NCBI GenBank assembly: GCA_965153285.1
Contig: OZ229116.1
DNA length: 64,000 nucleotides
DNA from: Podarcis tiliguerta
Lineage: Eukaryota
Direction: 5' to 3' (one strand)
The position numbers were made by a program, and so were the translations under genes. Under the pieces are notes generated by a model that saw nothing but the letters and a program-made list of their open reading frames with translations, was not told where the DNA came from and ran no database searches. Below, one piece after another: positions 1 to 11,887 of the stretch. Each line of letters begins with the position of its first letter. Position 1 is the stretch's first letter.

Positions 1-808
1 CCAAATTGCTTGCTAGTATATTGCCCTTTTTTCACTCTGCTATGTCTGTCCTAGCAACCTTGGTAAATACAATAGACTGTATCTGATGTGTTTTGGTCTA
101 TAGACCAAATAAACTGAAACTGTTGTTGAACTATTCATTCCACGGGCATTTAAACAATGTTGGTATAAATAATCTTAGAAAGAAATAACTATAAAGAAAT
201 AAAAGCAAAGAATCTTCCTCCAACTAAGATAATTTGATCTAAGCGCTATGCAGATTTCAAACTGTGTACAATGAATAAGGATCGAAGAGAACAGGATTGT
301 AGTGTCATTGTGGCAAGCCACACCACTGATCACCAAGCACTCCATGTTATATCTGCACATGCTCTACAAAACTGTACACGCAGTCTGTGTGCAACTGGCA
401 ACTTTGGGGAGTGGGAGCAAACAAGCCTACATGTCTATAGTTTGAACAAGTGCAAGGTCTCCCCTTTATGTGAGCTGCCTATATATAGTTGAATGTCTTA
501 ATAGCCTTGAGTTGTCTGCCCAGAAGCAGGGATGTTTCTTGAAAGCTTCATTTGAAATGGATTCCATAATCTGTCCAGGCAATCTAACAAAATGAGATTA
601 AATTTTGTTTCACGTATGACAAACATAAGCAGTTTCTTCCTTCTCATTTATATATGATTTCCTTCAAGACTTTTCATACTCCTGCTTGTTTTGGTCTATA
701 TTTGCTCCAAATTTGGTGAGATCCTTATCCAATTCTGATACAAAGAACTGAACCCCAGCCTCCCATTAATCAAGGTACTGCTTTTGACTCGGACTTGTGT
801 TTTTGTGC

Positions 809-840
<32 letters not shown>
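809..840. repeat. (TG)n(TA)n microsatellite; further (TA)n at 1533-1553
   Basis: Direct reading. Confidence 0.9.
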
Positions 841-841
<1 letters not shown>

Positions 842-1534
842 GCTTTCGTAGATTTTCACGGGTACAGGAATGCAGGTTTTGGTGTCCTCGGGTGTCTTCC
901 CGTGTAAAAGTTGGGGTGTCTAGGCGACGTTTCGACGAGGTCTCACTCGTCATCTTTAGATAAATTACAGACACCATCCAGTAGCCAACAGATAAATTAC
1001 AGACACCATCCAGTAGCCAAACCAGGGTGGCACCTCCGGATGCTGCACCCCCCTGCAATCCCTACACAGATCTGGCTGGCACAGGCCACAAAACCACAGC
1101 TCGCCCCTATACACGAAGCCAAGCCAGAGCACAACCAAGTGCTGTACAGCCATCTTCTCAGAAAAACTCTTCACAAAGTTCAAGAGTTCAAGACACGAAG
1201 GCTTTAGCAACTAATCCACACCTAATGACCCACCTAAGTGGGATTCAGGAAATCACTCAAGAAATCACTCAAGATATCCCTCAAGTAATTAAGGAACAAA
1301 AGAAGAAAAGGCACACTAGCCTGGGAACCTCCTCTCTGCCCAGAACATTGGAGGCTATACACCACACCTCCTCAACAGTATTTATAGGAACTCAAACACT
1401 GAGATCCTGCTCTGTTCCAGTAACAAGAAGCCGAAAGCACCAGCCTGAAGATGACGAGTGAGACCTCGTCGAAACGTCGCCTAGACACCCCAACTTTTAC
1501 ACGGGAAGACACCCGAGGACACCAAAACCTGCAT
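841..1534 (+). mobile_element. 5'-truncated Penelope-like retroelement (PLE) with an inverted pseudo-LTR, inserted in a (TA)n microsatellite
   Basis: Perfect 87-bp inverted repeat 870-956 / 1448-1534. The left arm has an extra 29-nt tail (841-869). A hammerhead-type motif lies within the repeat and (TA)n flanks both sides. A 31-bp direct duplication (958-988 / 990-1020) sits at the inversion junction. Confidence 0.8.
1441..1484 (+). ncRNA. Minimal hammerhead-type ribozyme motif of the PLE
   Basis: CTGAAGA(1445-1451)-T-GACGAG/TGAGAC/CTCGTC (6-bp stem II)-GAAAC-GTC, with putative cleavage after 1478. This matches the CUGANGA...GAAA...NUH core with the palindromic minimal stem III known from PLEs. 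Stem I is short. Confidence 0.65.
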
Positions 1535-1830
1535 ATATATATATATATATATACTTTTATTGTTGTTGAATTTTAAATGTTTTAATTGCTATGACCTGCC
1601 CTGAGAACTTTGTTATATAGGATAGTCAATAAATAATGGTAAGTAAATAAAGAAATAAAATAATGAAGTAGATTGAATATTGGGTTTGTGGTTTACTGTG
1701 AAGCATTTCCACTTTTGTGATCATTGCTACAATCCTATGCATTCTTACTTAGAAGTAAACTACTAATTTCTAGAACTAATGCACTGGCAATAAATGTGGT
1801 AAATAAGGCATCATATTGAGAATTCTGGTG

Positions 1831-2861
1831 CTCTTGGATGGAACTATCTTGGCCCGTTCCAGTCTGGGTTCAGGCTTGATTTGGGGACAGAATCAGTCAT
1901 GGTCGCCCTAACAGATTACCTCCTTTGGGGAAAGGACAAAGAAATAGGACTCTGTGGATTCTCCTGGATCTCTCCATGGCTTTTGATACCATGGACCATA
2001 CTGTCCTCCTGGACCACCTCCATGTTTTGAGGACTGAATGAACTGTTTAATGGTGATGCCACTTCTACTTGTGGGGCCAGTTCCAGAATCATATTGGGTG
2101 ACTGTGCCTCAGCCCCATGGCAGTTGATCTGTGGAATCCCACAGGACACAATTTCTTCCCCAATGCTATTTAATAGCTATATGAAACCAATGGGGATAGT
2201 CATTAGGAGATTTGGAGCCAGTATGCTGATGAGACACAACTCTGTGACAGCTGAAGTTGTAAGTTGTGTGTGTCCTAAACAGATCCCTGGATGCACTTAC
2301 GGATTGAATGAAGACTAATAAACTGTGACTGAATCCTGACAAGATGGAGATCCTATGGATTGGTGGTTTCCAGGTCTGAGAATTGGGTTGCGTACCACCT
2401 ATGTATGGGATTTCACTCCCCTAAAGGCAGCAAGTACATAGTTAGAGGTGTTCTAGATCCACCACTATAACTGGAGGCCCAGTTGGCCTCAGATCATCCA
2501 TCAACAACTTAGCTGGTATAGCTTTGCTACAGTGGCCCATACATCTAATATCATTATTAGATAACTGTATTTTACTGCATGTGGGGCTACTCTTGTGCCT
2601 GATTTGGAAGCCACAGTTATTTCAAAATGAAGCTGCTTGGGTGCTTTGTGGAACACCTAACTTTAAAAATATTTCACCAATGCTGAAATATCTCAGCTAG
2701 CTGCCTATTAACTCCTGAGCCAAGGTTTTTCTGCTGACATTTACCGCTCTAAATAACTTTGAACAAAGTCACCTGTCAGGCCACCTCCCCAAGTACAGCC
2801 CAAGTCAATCTAAGATCTCCTGATCAGTGAATAGTCACTTGGTGACAATGCAGAAGATGGC
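1831..2861 (+). mobile_element. Degenerate L2-clade LINE RT fragment (continues about 3351-3650 after an LTR insertion)
   Basis: Decayed LDPFQSGFR..GTE.A.V.L..D motif (1845-1920) and DLSxAFDT.DH-like motif (1968-1998); an FSV.APTLWN-like 3' motif resumes at 3351. Confidence 0.7.
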
Positions 2862-3350
2862 TGTCGCGTTTGCCTCCTAGGTGGGTCATAAGGAAAGGGT
2901 TAAAATGAGTGTGATGTGATTGGCCAGAGAGAAACTGATAGGAGGAGTTAGAGTGAGAGTGGGTGTTGTGTGAAAGTCAGTTGAGAGTTGGGAGTTGAAG
3001 AACAAAGAGGGAGAATAAGTCTGTGGGTTGGTTGGGTTGAATTGTGTTGTGAGGGAGTGAGAGGAATTGTTAGGTGGAATCAGATAGATAGTTGGAATAA
3101 TCAGTTTGAAGTTGTTAGGAATGCATAGGACAGTTAAGGAATTAAGATTAAGAAACTACCAAGGAAAATTAACTGAAACCATAAGCTTGTTCATGCCTAT
3201 AAATAAACTTGATTATTTGTTAATGTTAACAACTGTCTGGACTCCGTGATTACCCATGAGAAACGGGTTGGTGGCAGTGAAGAAAGCAATCAGTGGTGGC
3301 ACAGGGTCAATAGACCGTCAAACGTCCGGGGACCCTGTGTGATCGCCACA
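2862..3350 (+). mobile_element. Solo LTR (Gypsy/ERV-like), 489 bp
   Basis: TGT...ACA termini; flanked by ATGGC/ATGGT (5-bp TSD, 1 mismatch); internal AATAAA near 3202; 3' hairpin CACAGGGTC/GACCCTGTG; interrupts the L2 sequence. Confidence 0.65.
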
Positions 3351-3874
3351 ATGGTCCTCTCTGTGATAGCACCCACCCTCTGAACAGAATCTCTCAGGTG
3401 GAGGAAGTGATTACTTTTAAATTCCTCCTTTAAAATTTGTCCAATATTTCCTGGGCTCTGACTCAATTTTTAAAAAAAGTTATTTTGCACACTGCTCCGT
3501 TTTATGTGACATATACAGTTGTGTTTTTATTTCATTTTTAACCAGCTTTTAGGAATATTTTATTGAATGCTACTGCATTTTTACTAAGTTTATGTTAGTC
3601 ATTTAGTAACTTTTATTATTTTAAGTGTATACATATTCAATAAACAAATAAAAATATTTCTGAGGAAGAAAACACCAGTAAAATTGAATTGAAGAGGGGG
3701 GAATACGCGTTTCTCATAAACTACCCATTTGCAATTCAATGTGGATGCTTACAAAATTAAGTTCAACAAAGAAAATTTCAAATTCAATATTGAATAACTA
3801 GGATATATTCTTATTCAATGTTACGGAGACTGAACAATGGCTGAGAGAGAGAAGAAACCAAGTCAGATACTAAC

Positions 3875-6241
3875 CGTTGCACAGAACAGGTCCTGCTGCT
3901 TCCCATTATCAGCAGAAGAAGGAATGTTGGGGCTGAAGACCATGAGGTCGCTCTTGGCTCCAGCCTCCCCGCTCACACCTGCCAGGATGTGGCTATGGCG
4001 ATTTGAATAGGACCAGCTGCCCACTTCACTGGCACATACCAGTGTGGCTGTACCAGGACCATACACCATGGCCTCCTTGGCCTGGCAACGGCATCGCAAG
4101 GCCACGTAAAAGATTACTGCTAGGAGGAACAAGCTGGACACGGAGCAGATGGCAATGATCAGGTAGACATTGACATTGTCCACCAAAGACTTTGGGCTTT
4201 CACCTGTCCTGGAAAGGCGGGTATCCGTTTTGATGGCCTGCGCACTGGTTACCAGTGACACACTCAGTGTGGCTGTGGTTGAGAGTTGAGGCTTCCCATG
4301 ATCTTTCACCAAAACCAGCAGGCTCTGACTTCTGCTGACTTCTGCCTCATCTACAGCACGTATGGTACTGATCTCTCCACTATACAGGCCCACACGCCAT
4401 GGTCCACTTGTCACCTCATGCAGTTCATATCTCAGCCATGCATTGTATCCTGAGTCAGCATCCAGAGCATGGATCTTGCCCACTGTGTGCCCAGACCCCA
4501 TAGGAAGCACTAGGAGAATGGGGTTCTCTTCTGTTGTCCCTGACACTGCAGGTGCGTTGTCATTCTCATCGACCACAAAAACCTGAATAGTCACATTGCC
4601 ACACAGGGAGGGCAGCCCAGCATCCTTGGCCCTCACTTGGAACTCCAGCAGCTTCAGCTCCTCATAGTCCAAGGGCTGCAAGGCATAGACCTTCCCACTC
4701 TCCGAGTGCACTGAGATGTAGCTTGTCAATGGCCAAAGCTTCTCATCAATCCAGTAGCTGATCAGGCTGTTCTCAGCCACATCTGGGTCTGAAGCAGACA
4801 CTGTGAAGATGTGAGCACCAGGTGGGTTGTTCTCCTTCACAAAGACTGTGTAGGAGGGTTGTGCAAAAGTGGGTGCATTGTCATTTATGTCACTAATTGG
4901 AACTAATAAGCTACCACTAGCTGACAGTGGTGGAACACCTTGGTCCTGGGCCATCACCATCAACTTATACTCAGCTACCTGCTCCCGATCCAGGAGTTCA
5001 GACACTACTAATGAGTAGTAGTTCTTGAACGTGGACGCCAGTTTGAAGGGAAGCCCAGGAGGCCACAGTGAGCAGCTTACTTGGCCATTGGCCCCAGAGT
5101 CCCTGTCTGAGACACTGATTAAGGCTACCACTGTCCCCAGTGGGGAGTCCTCTGGCACTGGCACAGAGAGGGATGAGACTGACACCTCTGGGGCATTATC
5201 ATTCACATCCAGCACCTCAATTATCACTTGGCAATGTCCAGACAAAGGAAGGTTGCCTTTATCTTCTGCCACAATCTGAAGATCATATACACTAATGTCT
5301 TCGAAATCAACTCTTCCATTTACCATTATTTCCCCGGTATTGGAATTTATGGTAAAAATCTTTTGGAAATTTAGTGGCACATGGTTACTAAAAGAATAGG
5401 AGATCTCCTTATTAATTCCTTCATCTAAATCAGTGGCATTCAGCTTAATAACCAATGTTCCAGTAGCTGCATTTTCCAATAATGTTACCTTGTAAACTGA
5501 TTGGTTAAATACAGGAGGGTTGTCATTTGCATCTAGCACATTAATCACCAGCTGGACTGTGCCTGTGAGCTCTGGTTTGCCTCCATCAGTGGCTGTGAGT
5601 GAAAGACGGTGCACAGGAGCCTCTTCCCTGTCCAATGGCTTCTTTAAAACAATTGCTAAGGGTTTATTGTGCTGGTCACCTGTTTTCTGTTCTACAATGA
5701 AATAGTCATTGGGCCTGAGCTTGTAGGTTAGCAGAGCATTAGTGCCGATATCTGCATCAGAAGCCCCCTCTAAAGGGAATCTGGTGCCAGGTGCCATTAT
5801 AAATTCTGCTATGCTCAGAATTTGCTCACTTGCAGAGAAAATGGGAGCATTGTCATTTATGTCCCTGATCTCCACCTCTATATGGAAAACCCTCAGAGGT
5901 TTGTCCACAATCACCTCCAGGTGAACGGCACATTCAAGATTCTTAGCACACAGCTCCTCCCTGTCTATCCGGGAATTCACAAACAAGATCCCATTCTGCA
6001 CATTTACCTCAAAATAGTCCTCCTGTCCTTTGGACATCATCCGGAACATCCGAGGCACCAGCTCCTCCACCTCCAGCCCCAGATCCTGGGCAATGCGGCC
6101 CACAAAGGTGCCATGCTGGGATTCCTCCGGCACAGAATAATGCAGCTGGCCGCTCCCCATCATCCAGGCTGCGTGGAGGAGAAGCAGCTGCAGGAGCTGC
6201 TTTGCCACCGAATCATTCTGCCAGGCAACCATTGCAAGCAT
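3875..6241 (-). CDS. PCDHA: Protocadherin-alpha variable exon V1 (signal peptide, EC1-EC6, TM, variable cytoplasmic domain); splices to constant exons outside the window
   Basis: ORF 3863-6247 has [29 protein letters not shown]/DxNDN cadherin motifs, the EC1 C-x5-[18 protein letters not shown] and the alpha-type [21 protein letters not shown]. The track start at 6247 is GTG; the first ATG is 6241 (alternative ATG 6232, GCAATGG). Donor ACG|GTTAGT after 3875; 2367 nt = phase 0. Read-through stop at 3863. Ortholog number cannot be assigned. Confidence 0.95.
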
Positions 6242-6260
6242 AGCCACAAATTGTTGTCTT

Positions 6261-6287
6261 CTTCCTTCCTTCCTTCCTTCCTTCCTT
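6261..6287. repeat. (CTTC)6 / (GAAG)6 microsatellite in the V1 5' leader
   Basis: Direct reading. Confidence 0.9.
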
Positions 6288-6496
6288 TCTTTTTATAAAT
6301 CCTTTTCTTTAATGTAGTGTAGAGCAGAGTCCAAGGAGCCCATCTGAATTGGTATTTGTGAAGTCATTTGAATAGACGCCGGTGCTCTTGCATTCTGTGC
6401 TTGATAGCCCCATTGTGAATCTGACAGGCAGGGTTTTCAGTCACTCTGAGGGAGGAGCTCTGAATGGTCTTTCTTCTTAAATATTTCCTTAGGCAA

Positions 6497-6511
6497 CAGT
6501 GACCTCTAGCG
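6497..6511 (-). promoter_or_regulatory. V1 promoter conserved sequence element / CTCF site (pCBS)
   Basis: Minus strand CGCTAGAGGTCACTG, a CTCF-core-like motif 256 bp upstream of the ATG, at the position equivalent to the other seven promoters. Confidence 0.75.
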
Positions 6512-8642
6512 AATGATTGTAGAAATGGAGAAGCAGGTGACTAAACTATGAAACGTTTTGGGATAAGCACCTGTTCTCCGAAGATTTTATGCACTTCTAC
6601 TTTCAACTGAAGTTATTAAAGTCCATTCATACTTCTAATGTGGTGGTTCACATTACAACATTACTGTTGCACACTCAGTTATCATAACAGCTTATATCTG
6701 AACGGCTCCTCCAAGAAGGGTTGCACTGACACCAAGACTGACACCAAGTGCTAAGAAAGTTCTGCCAGTTGTGTTAGATCCATGAAGGCTCATTCACCAA
6801 TTGATATTGAAGTGATGCTACACTTGATTATGCTCTTATACTTTTATTTTTATTGGGGGGAAAGTGTCATGTATTTTTCAAGATCAAAGTGCCTGTAATA
6901 GCATGTGGCCCTCTCTTATCATACACTTTTCAGCAACCTCTGGCATGCAACTCCATGCTTAATAGCCTGTAACTCTCAAGAGTTGAGAGGAGTAGACACT
7001 GAATGAGTTATATAAGGGACACAACAATGCACACTAGACATTGCACAGCAATGTGATGGGCCTTGCAGATGATGCTGGAATCTTGAGCAGAGAAATGGGA
7101 GGGGAAGCAGCTGCTTAATCTTTACACATTTGCTCATGTTTGCATAAAAATTCTAGTTCAGCCAATAAAAAGGTGGGATAGTGCTTCTACTTCTAGCAAG
7201 TTCTTTTAAAATCAACAGCAGATTGCAATCATAAGCATAGATAAGAGTCCATAGGGCTTGAGATTGCACCCATAAAGACTTACCTGGCATCAATCACCAT
7301 TTAGCACAGTTGGGCTCATTTCTGAGTGAGTATGCATAGGATCAGGTGGCATATTTGAGAATTTCCACCTAAGTCCTAACTAAATAATTTGCCGTTTTTT
7401 AAAAAGTTAAGAACCGTCATTTAGGGCTTTTGTTAGTTTCACACATATACTAGCTCCCCTAATACTAGAACTCTGATGGTGGAACTGCATTATATGATAC
7501 TAACACAGGGTTGACAAACCCACCCCTGCCTTCAATGTCAGGGTCTACCCACTAAGTTCAGTGGGTCTTACTGCCAGTATATGGGTACAGGACTGCAGCC
7601 TTAGACACACCTAAGTGGCACTGAAATCAATGGGAACAGTTAGTCATGAAACCCAATAGGTTTCATTTACTGCTCTGGCAAATGTGTTCCAAGATACTTT
7701 TAACCAAGTTGCATTTTCATCTTCCTGGACATTGTTCTTGCTTCACTTGTCTCGATGACTGACCTACCTCACAAGAAGTTAAACCTGCTACAGTCATCAA
7801 AAAGTAATTAAAAGACCCTCTGTAAAGGATCAGAAGCACTATTTCTCTTGTACTGCAATTTTAATTTAAGAATTACAAAGAGGAGAAACAGATGAGAGAC
7901 AAAGTGAAAGCATTCTGCACTTTCTTATGCTTTGGGTAATTCAATTTATCTTCTTTCCACCCAAAGGTAAATTTTGGTTAAATATAAAAGAGGTAAACAG
8001 TAAAATTGCAAGGCTCAGAATTTGACTCAGCAGGAGATGAAAATATTTTAAATTATTACTATAAATATGGAAACATGCAAAACAATATTAATAACTCATA
8101 ACACTAGGTTTTTAAATATTATTTTACATATTAGTTACCTTTCATACATTCAATGTACTCAAAAACAATTAGGAATTCCCTACAATTAGTTGTAGGAAAA
8201 GTGAACAATACCGAAAAGGCTGTGGTTGATATGGAAAAGGGAGTTGCAGCCGTTAGTATGAAAATAGAAAAAAATGGAAACAACAAAGACAGAATTTAAA
8301 CTATTGTGAGAAGTGAAAGCAAAAGACAGAAAATATAGCTCTCAAAGTCAGTAAACATGATTTCAGGAAACAACCCAGGAACAACACAAGAAGAATTAAA
8401 AACTTAGAAGCCTCCCAGAATACACAGAAAGGGAGGACATAGTCACCATTTTAGAAGAACATCTATCAAATTACATACAGCTTGATAGATTATGTACAAT
8501 TGGTACTGAAGTTGTTTCAGAGGAGGAAGTAAAATCAAGACTGGCCATAGCAATTTAAGAAAAGCAACTTATGCTAAAGTCATCTTGGTCAATTTAATTA
8601 TTCATCCTGATACTTTGAAGGAAAATGAATTTAAGTTTCTTA

Positions 8643-8858
8643 CAATGATACCTCGGGTTACAGACACTTCAGGTTACAGATGCTTCTGGTCACAGACTCC
8701 ACTAACCCAAAAATAGTACCTTGGGTTAAGAACTTTGCTTCAGGATAAGAACAGAAATCGAGGCCCCATTAGCTAAAGTGGTACCTCAGGTTAAGAACAG
8801 TTTCAGGTTAAGAACAGACCTCCAGAACGAATTAAGTTCTTAACCCGAGGTACCACTG
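8643..8858 (-). mobile_element. Tc1/mariner (Tigger-like) MITE
   Basis: TIRs CA(A)TG(A)TACCTCGGGTTA / TAACCCGAGGTACCACTG with TA TSDs. Confidence 0.85.
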
Positions 8859-9287
8859 TACATCAATGGCCAGCTCTCTCGTTATTCTCTAAATTAATTT
8901 AGGAATAAAGAAAACCAAAGAAGACAAATAAATAATACTGGGGAAAGAGCTGAGCAAGATTCTCTGAAGGAAGCAAAGGAACAAGCTATCTCAGATCAGT
9001 AAACTCTAATAAATCTGAAGAAGATAAAATAATTAGTGAGAATAAGGTTCACTTTTTTCTCCTTGTTAGTGTTTTGTTTTAATTGTTAAATGACCATAAA
9101 ACAAATTCAGTAAGAACTCTCTCACTGATTGTAAAGGTGCTGAACTCTTCATTGAAATGCTGGAAATTTACAAGAAAATTGTGTTCAGAAAATGCAGGTT
9201 TTATATTTCTGCAAGAAATACAGATAAAAGCAGGAGAAATATCTGAATGAAATTAGATTAGGACAAGTCTTCACTGCTTCAGAAGTA

Positions 9288-9529
9288 CAGTGGTACCTCG
9301 GGTTAAGTATTTAATGCGTTCCGGAGGTCCGTTCTTAACCTGAAACTGTTCTTAACATGAAGCACCACTTTAGCTAATGGGGCCTCCTGCTGCTGCCGCG
9401 CCGCCAGAGCACAATTTCTGTTCTCATCCTGAAGCAAAGTTCTTAACCCGAGGTAATATTTCTGGGTTAGCAGAGTCTGTAACCTGAAGCATATGTAACC
9501 TGAAGCGTATGTAACCCGAGGTACCACTG
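9288..9529 (+). mobile_element. Tc1/mariner (Tigger-like) MITE, same family, opposite orientation
   Basis: Perfect TIRs CAGTGGTACCTCGGGTTA with TA TSDs. Confidence 0.9.
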
Positions 9530-11681
9530 TAGTGGTATTAGTTAAAAATGGGTTAATCAAGAAATATTGAGAGATAATGGGGAAAGAACATATTAGTATT
9601 GATATATGGTCCACATAACTCACAAGGAATATTCTATTTTAAAAATAGATTCAATTAGATAGATTTTATAATGGATACATAATTATGGCAGGTAACTTGA
9701 ATTAGTGAAGCATTAATGATTTTAAAGAAATTTAAATATACCAAAAATATCTAATGATATCCAGAGAAAACTAGAGGCTCCCTTTTCTTTATCATAGGTA
9801 AGACTGATGATAATTAATATTTAAATGACAAACCTCCCAGCCCAGGTGGGTTTACCAGATGGATGTTATAAAACCTCTTGAGGACCTAGAACAACCACTC
9901 TTGTGGTTCAATAAATCAATATGGTAAAAGAAATTGCCAGGCTCGTGGGATATGGCAAAATCACCATGATAACTAAACCTAATGAATACCTAGCAAACCA
10001 GGAATCTTATAGATCTATTTCATTGTTAAACCAAGGTGTGAAAATCTAGTTCTTTAATAGTGCAGAAAAAGTAATATCCATCATTGTGAAGTACATAGAT
10101 ATTGACTGGATTCTTGAGAGACAGAAAATGATAAACTAATATGAAAATAACCTTTTCATTATTAATATGATAATAAGATAAAAAACTAACATCCGTACTG
10201 TTATTTTTAGATGCCAAAAAGGCTTTTGATAGAGTGGAGTGGAAATATCTGATAGAGGTTATGAACTATTTCAAACTGGGTTTAAATTTCAGGTCCTAGA
10301 TCCAACTTTTATATCAGACACCAACAGCACAGGTACAGATGACTGGCTATCTCTTAGATCTTTTTTCACTGTGCAGAATAAATAGGCAAGGATGCCCATT
10401 TTTACCCCTATTTTTTGTTTTAGCTATCAAACAATTAGAGCAATTACATTAAATGTGAGCAATTATTAAGTTAGAGCAATTATAGCAATTAGAGAAGAAT
10501 TTGAAATGTATTAAATGTGATAGGGGGTTATTCATACAAAAAAAAAATCTTGCTCATAATGGATGGCATCTTTTAAATATTAGCGCATCCTTAATGGCAT
10601 CTTATAGACATCTAAAAAGATATGAGATAGATATGGGGAAAATATCAATATATAAACTCTAGAAAATCTGAATAGATAGGCCTAGCTTCAGATAAAGAGT
10701 TGAAAAAAAGAATGAACAGGAACTGTGTATATAACTTGGTAATCTAAACCTGTTAAATGATTCTTCATAATTTGTCACAATTAATTAAAATCAATTATGA
10801 AAAATTGCACCAGGAGATGGAACCAGCATTAAGATCTTGGATCCAATTTCCTGGATGGGTTGTATTGCAATTGCTAAAATATCTATTTTCTATTTATTTA
10901 TTTATGAGTATTCCATTACAAATCCCATATTTGCAAATATGGCATTAATCCATTTGGGGTTGCATGGCGGGGATCCACTTGTTGCAGTAAAACAAACTGA
11001 ACAGGGGAGTATGGGAGTTCCAAATATACAAAACTTCTTATGCTGCAAAGCTAAGATCTATCATGGAGTGGTATCTGATCACACTACCAGAAAACTATTT
11101 TAAAGAGTCAATCAAAGACAATGCTATGGTTCCAGAAGAATTGGGAAAAGTTTGCTAGTAAAGTACCATGTGTTCACAGTGCTCTAATAAGTTGGTATAA
11201 ATTAATTAAGAAAATCTTCCCAGCCTTATCATCTCACACATTATTTCATAACATATTTCTATCACATACATAAAGGATGATAGGGGATTTGACATTATGG
11301 TATCAAGCAGAAGAGGATAGTGTTAAGAACAACATATCCAGGCAAGAAATTAAATGATACACAAAAGTTATTAAAATTATGGGTGGTCTTCAGTCACAAT
11401 TATATTAGCATTTTCTAATAAAAGAAGCATTTCTATGTTTACTAAGAAAACATTGTGTCTCAAGGGAGGAAACTGAATTTGAAATTCTAACTACTGTAAT
11501 ATCAAACTGTGAACTGCTAATATGCACTCCATAATTATGAAACTTTAGAATAAAACTGGAATGTTCATAAGGAAATGGGCCAGAGACTTAAAAGAGGTAA
11601 CCTTGGATTTGGGTAGATATTTCCCTTTCAATTATATCTATGGATTTAAGTGGTATTTAACTCAGTTTAAACTCTCTAAGA

Positions 11682-11887
11682 CAGAGCTTTCCAAACTTTT
11701 CGGGTTGGTGACACACTTTTTAGACATGCATCATTTCACGACACAGTAATTCAGTTTTACTAGCAAACCAGAAGTTAAACTAACCCCTTTCCAGCCCCGC
11801 GAGGAAAGCAGGGAGTGTTCACGTGACACACCTACACACTGCAGCCAACACACTAACGTGTTGTGACACACAGTTTGGAAAGTTCTG
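11682..11887. mobile_element. hAT-type MITE nested in the L1
   Basis: TIRs CAGAGCTTTCCAAACT / AGTTTGGAAAGTTCTG; 8-bp TSD CTCTAAGA/CACTAAGA. Confidence 0.85.

Noticed and set aside
696-1461. ORFs 696-1058, 911-1207, 965-1210 and 1027-1461
   Set aside because: Fall in the PLE and microsatellite; no recognisable domain.
1-3874. Pcdha constant exons or C-type exons
   Set aside because: No PRQPNPDW-like constant-region peptide was found; expected outside the window.
5571-5596. Candidate exonic CTCF site (eCBS) in the TATDGG(K/Q)P codons of EC2
   Set aside because: Only a partial CTCF match that varies among paralogs and is confounded by coding constraint; needs a PWM scan or ChIP.
5822-6298. 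Recurrent plus-strand ORFs antisense to each V exon (e.g. 5822-6298, 17145-17636, 28221-28628, 35473-35880, 44608-45015)
   Set aside because: Shadow frames of the paralogous Pcdha coding sequence; they recur only because the exons are homologous.
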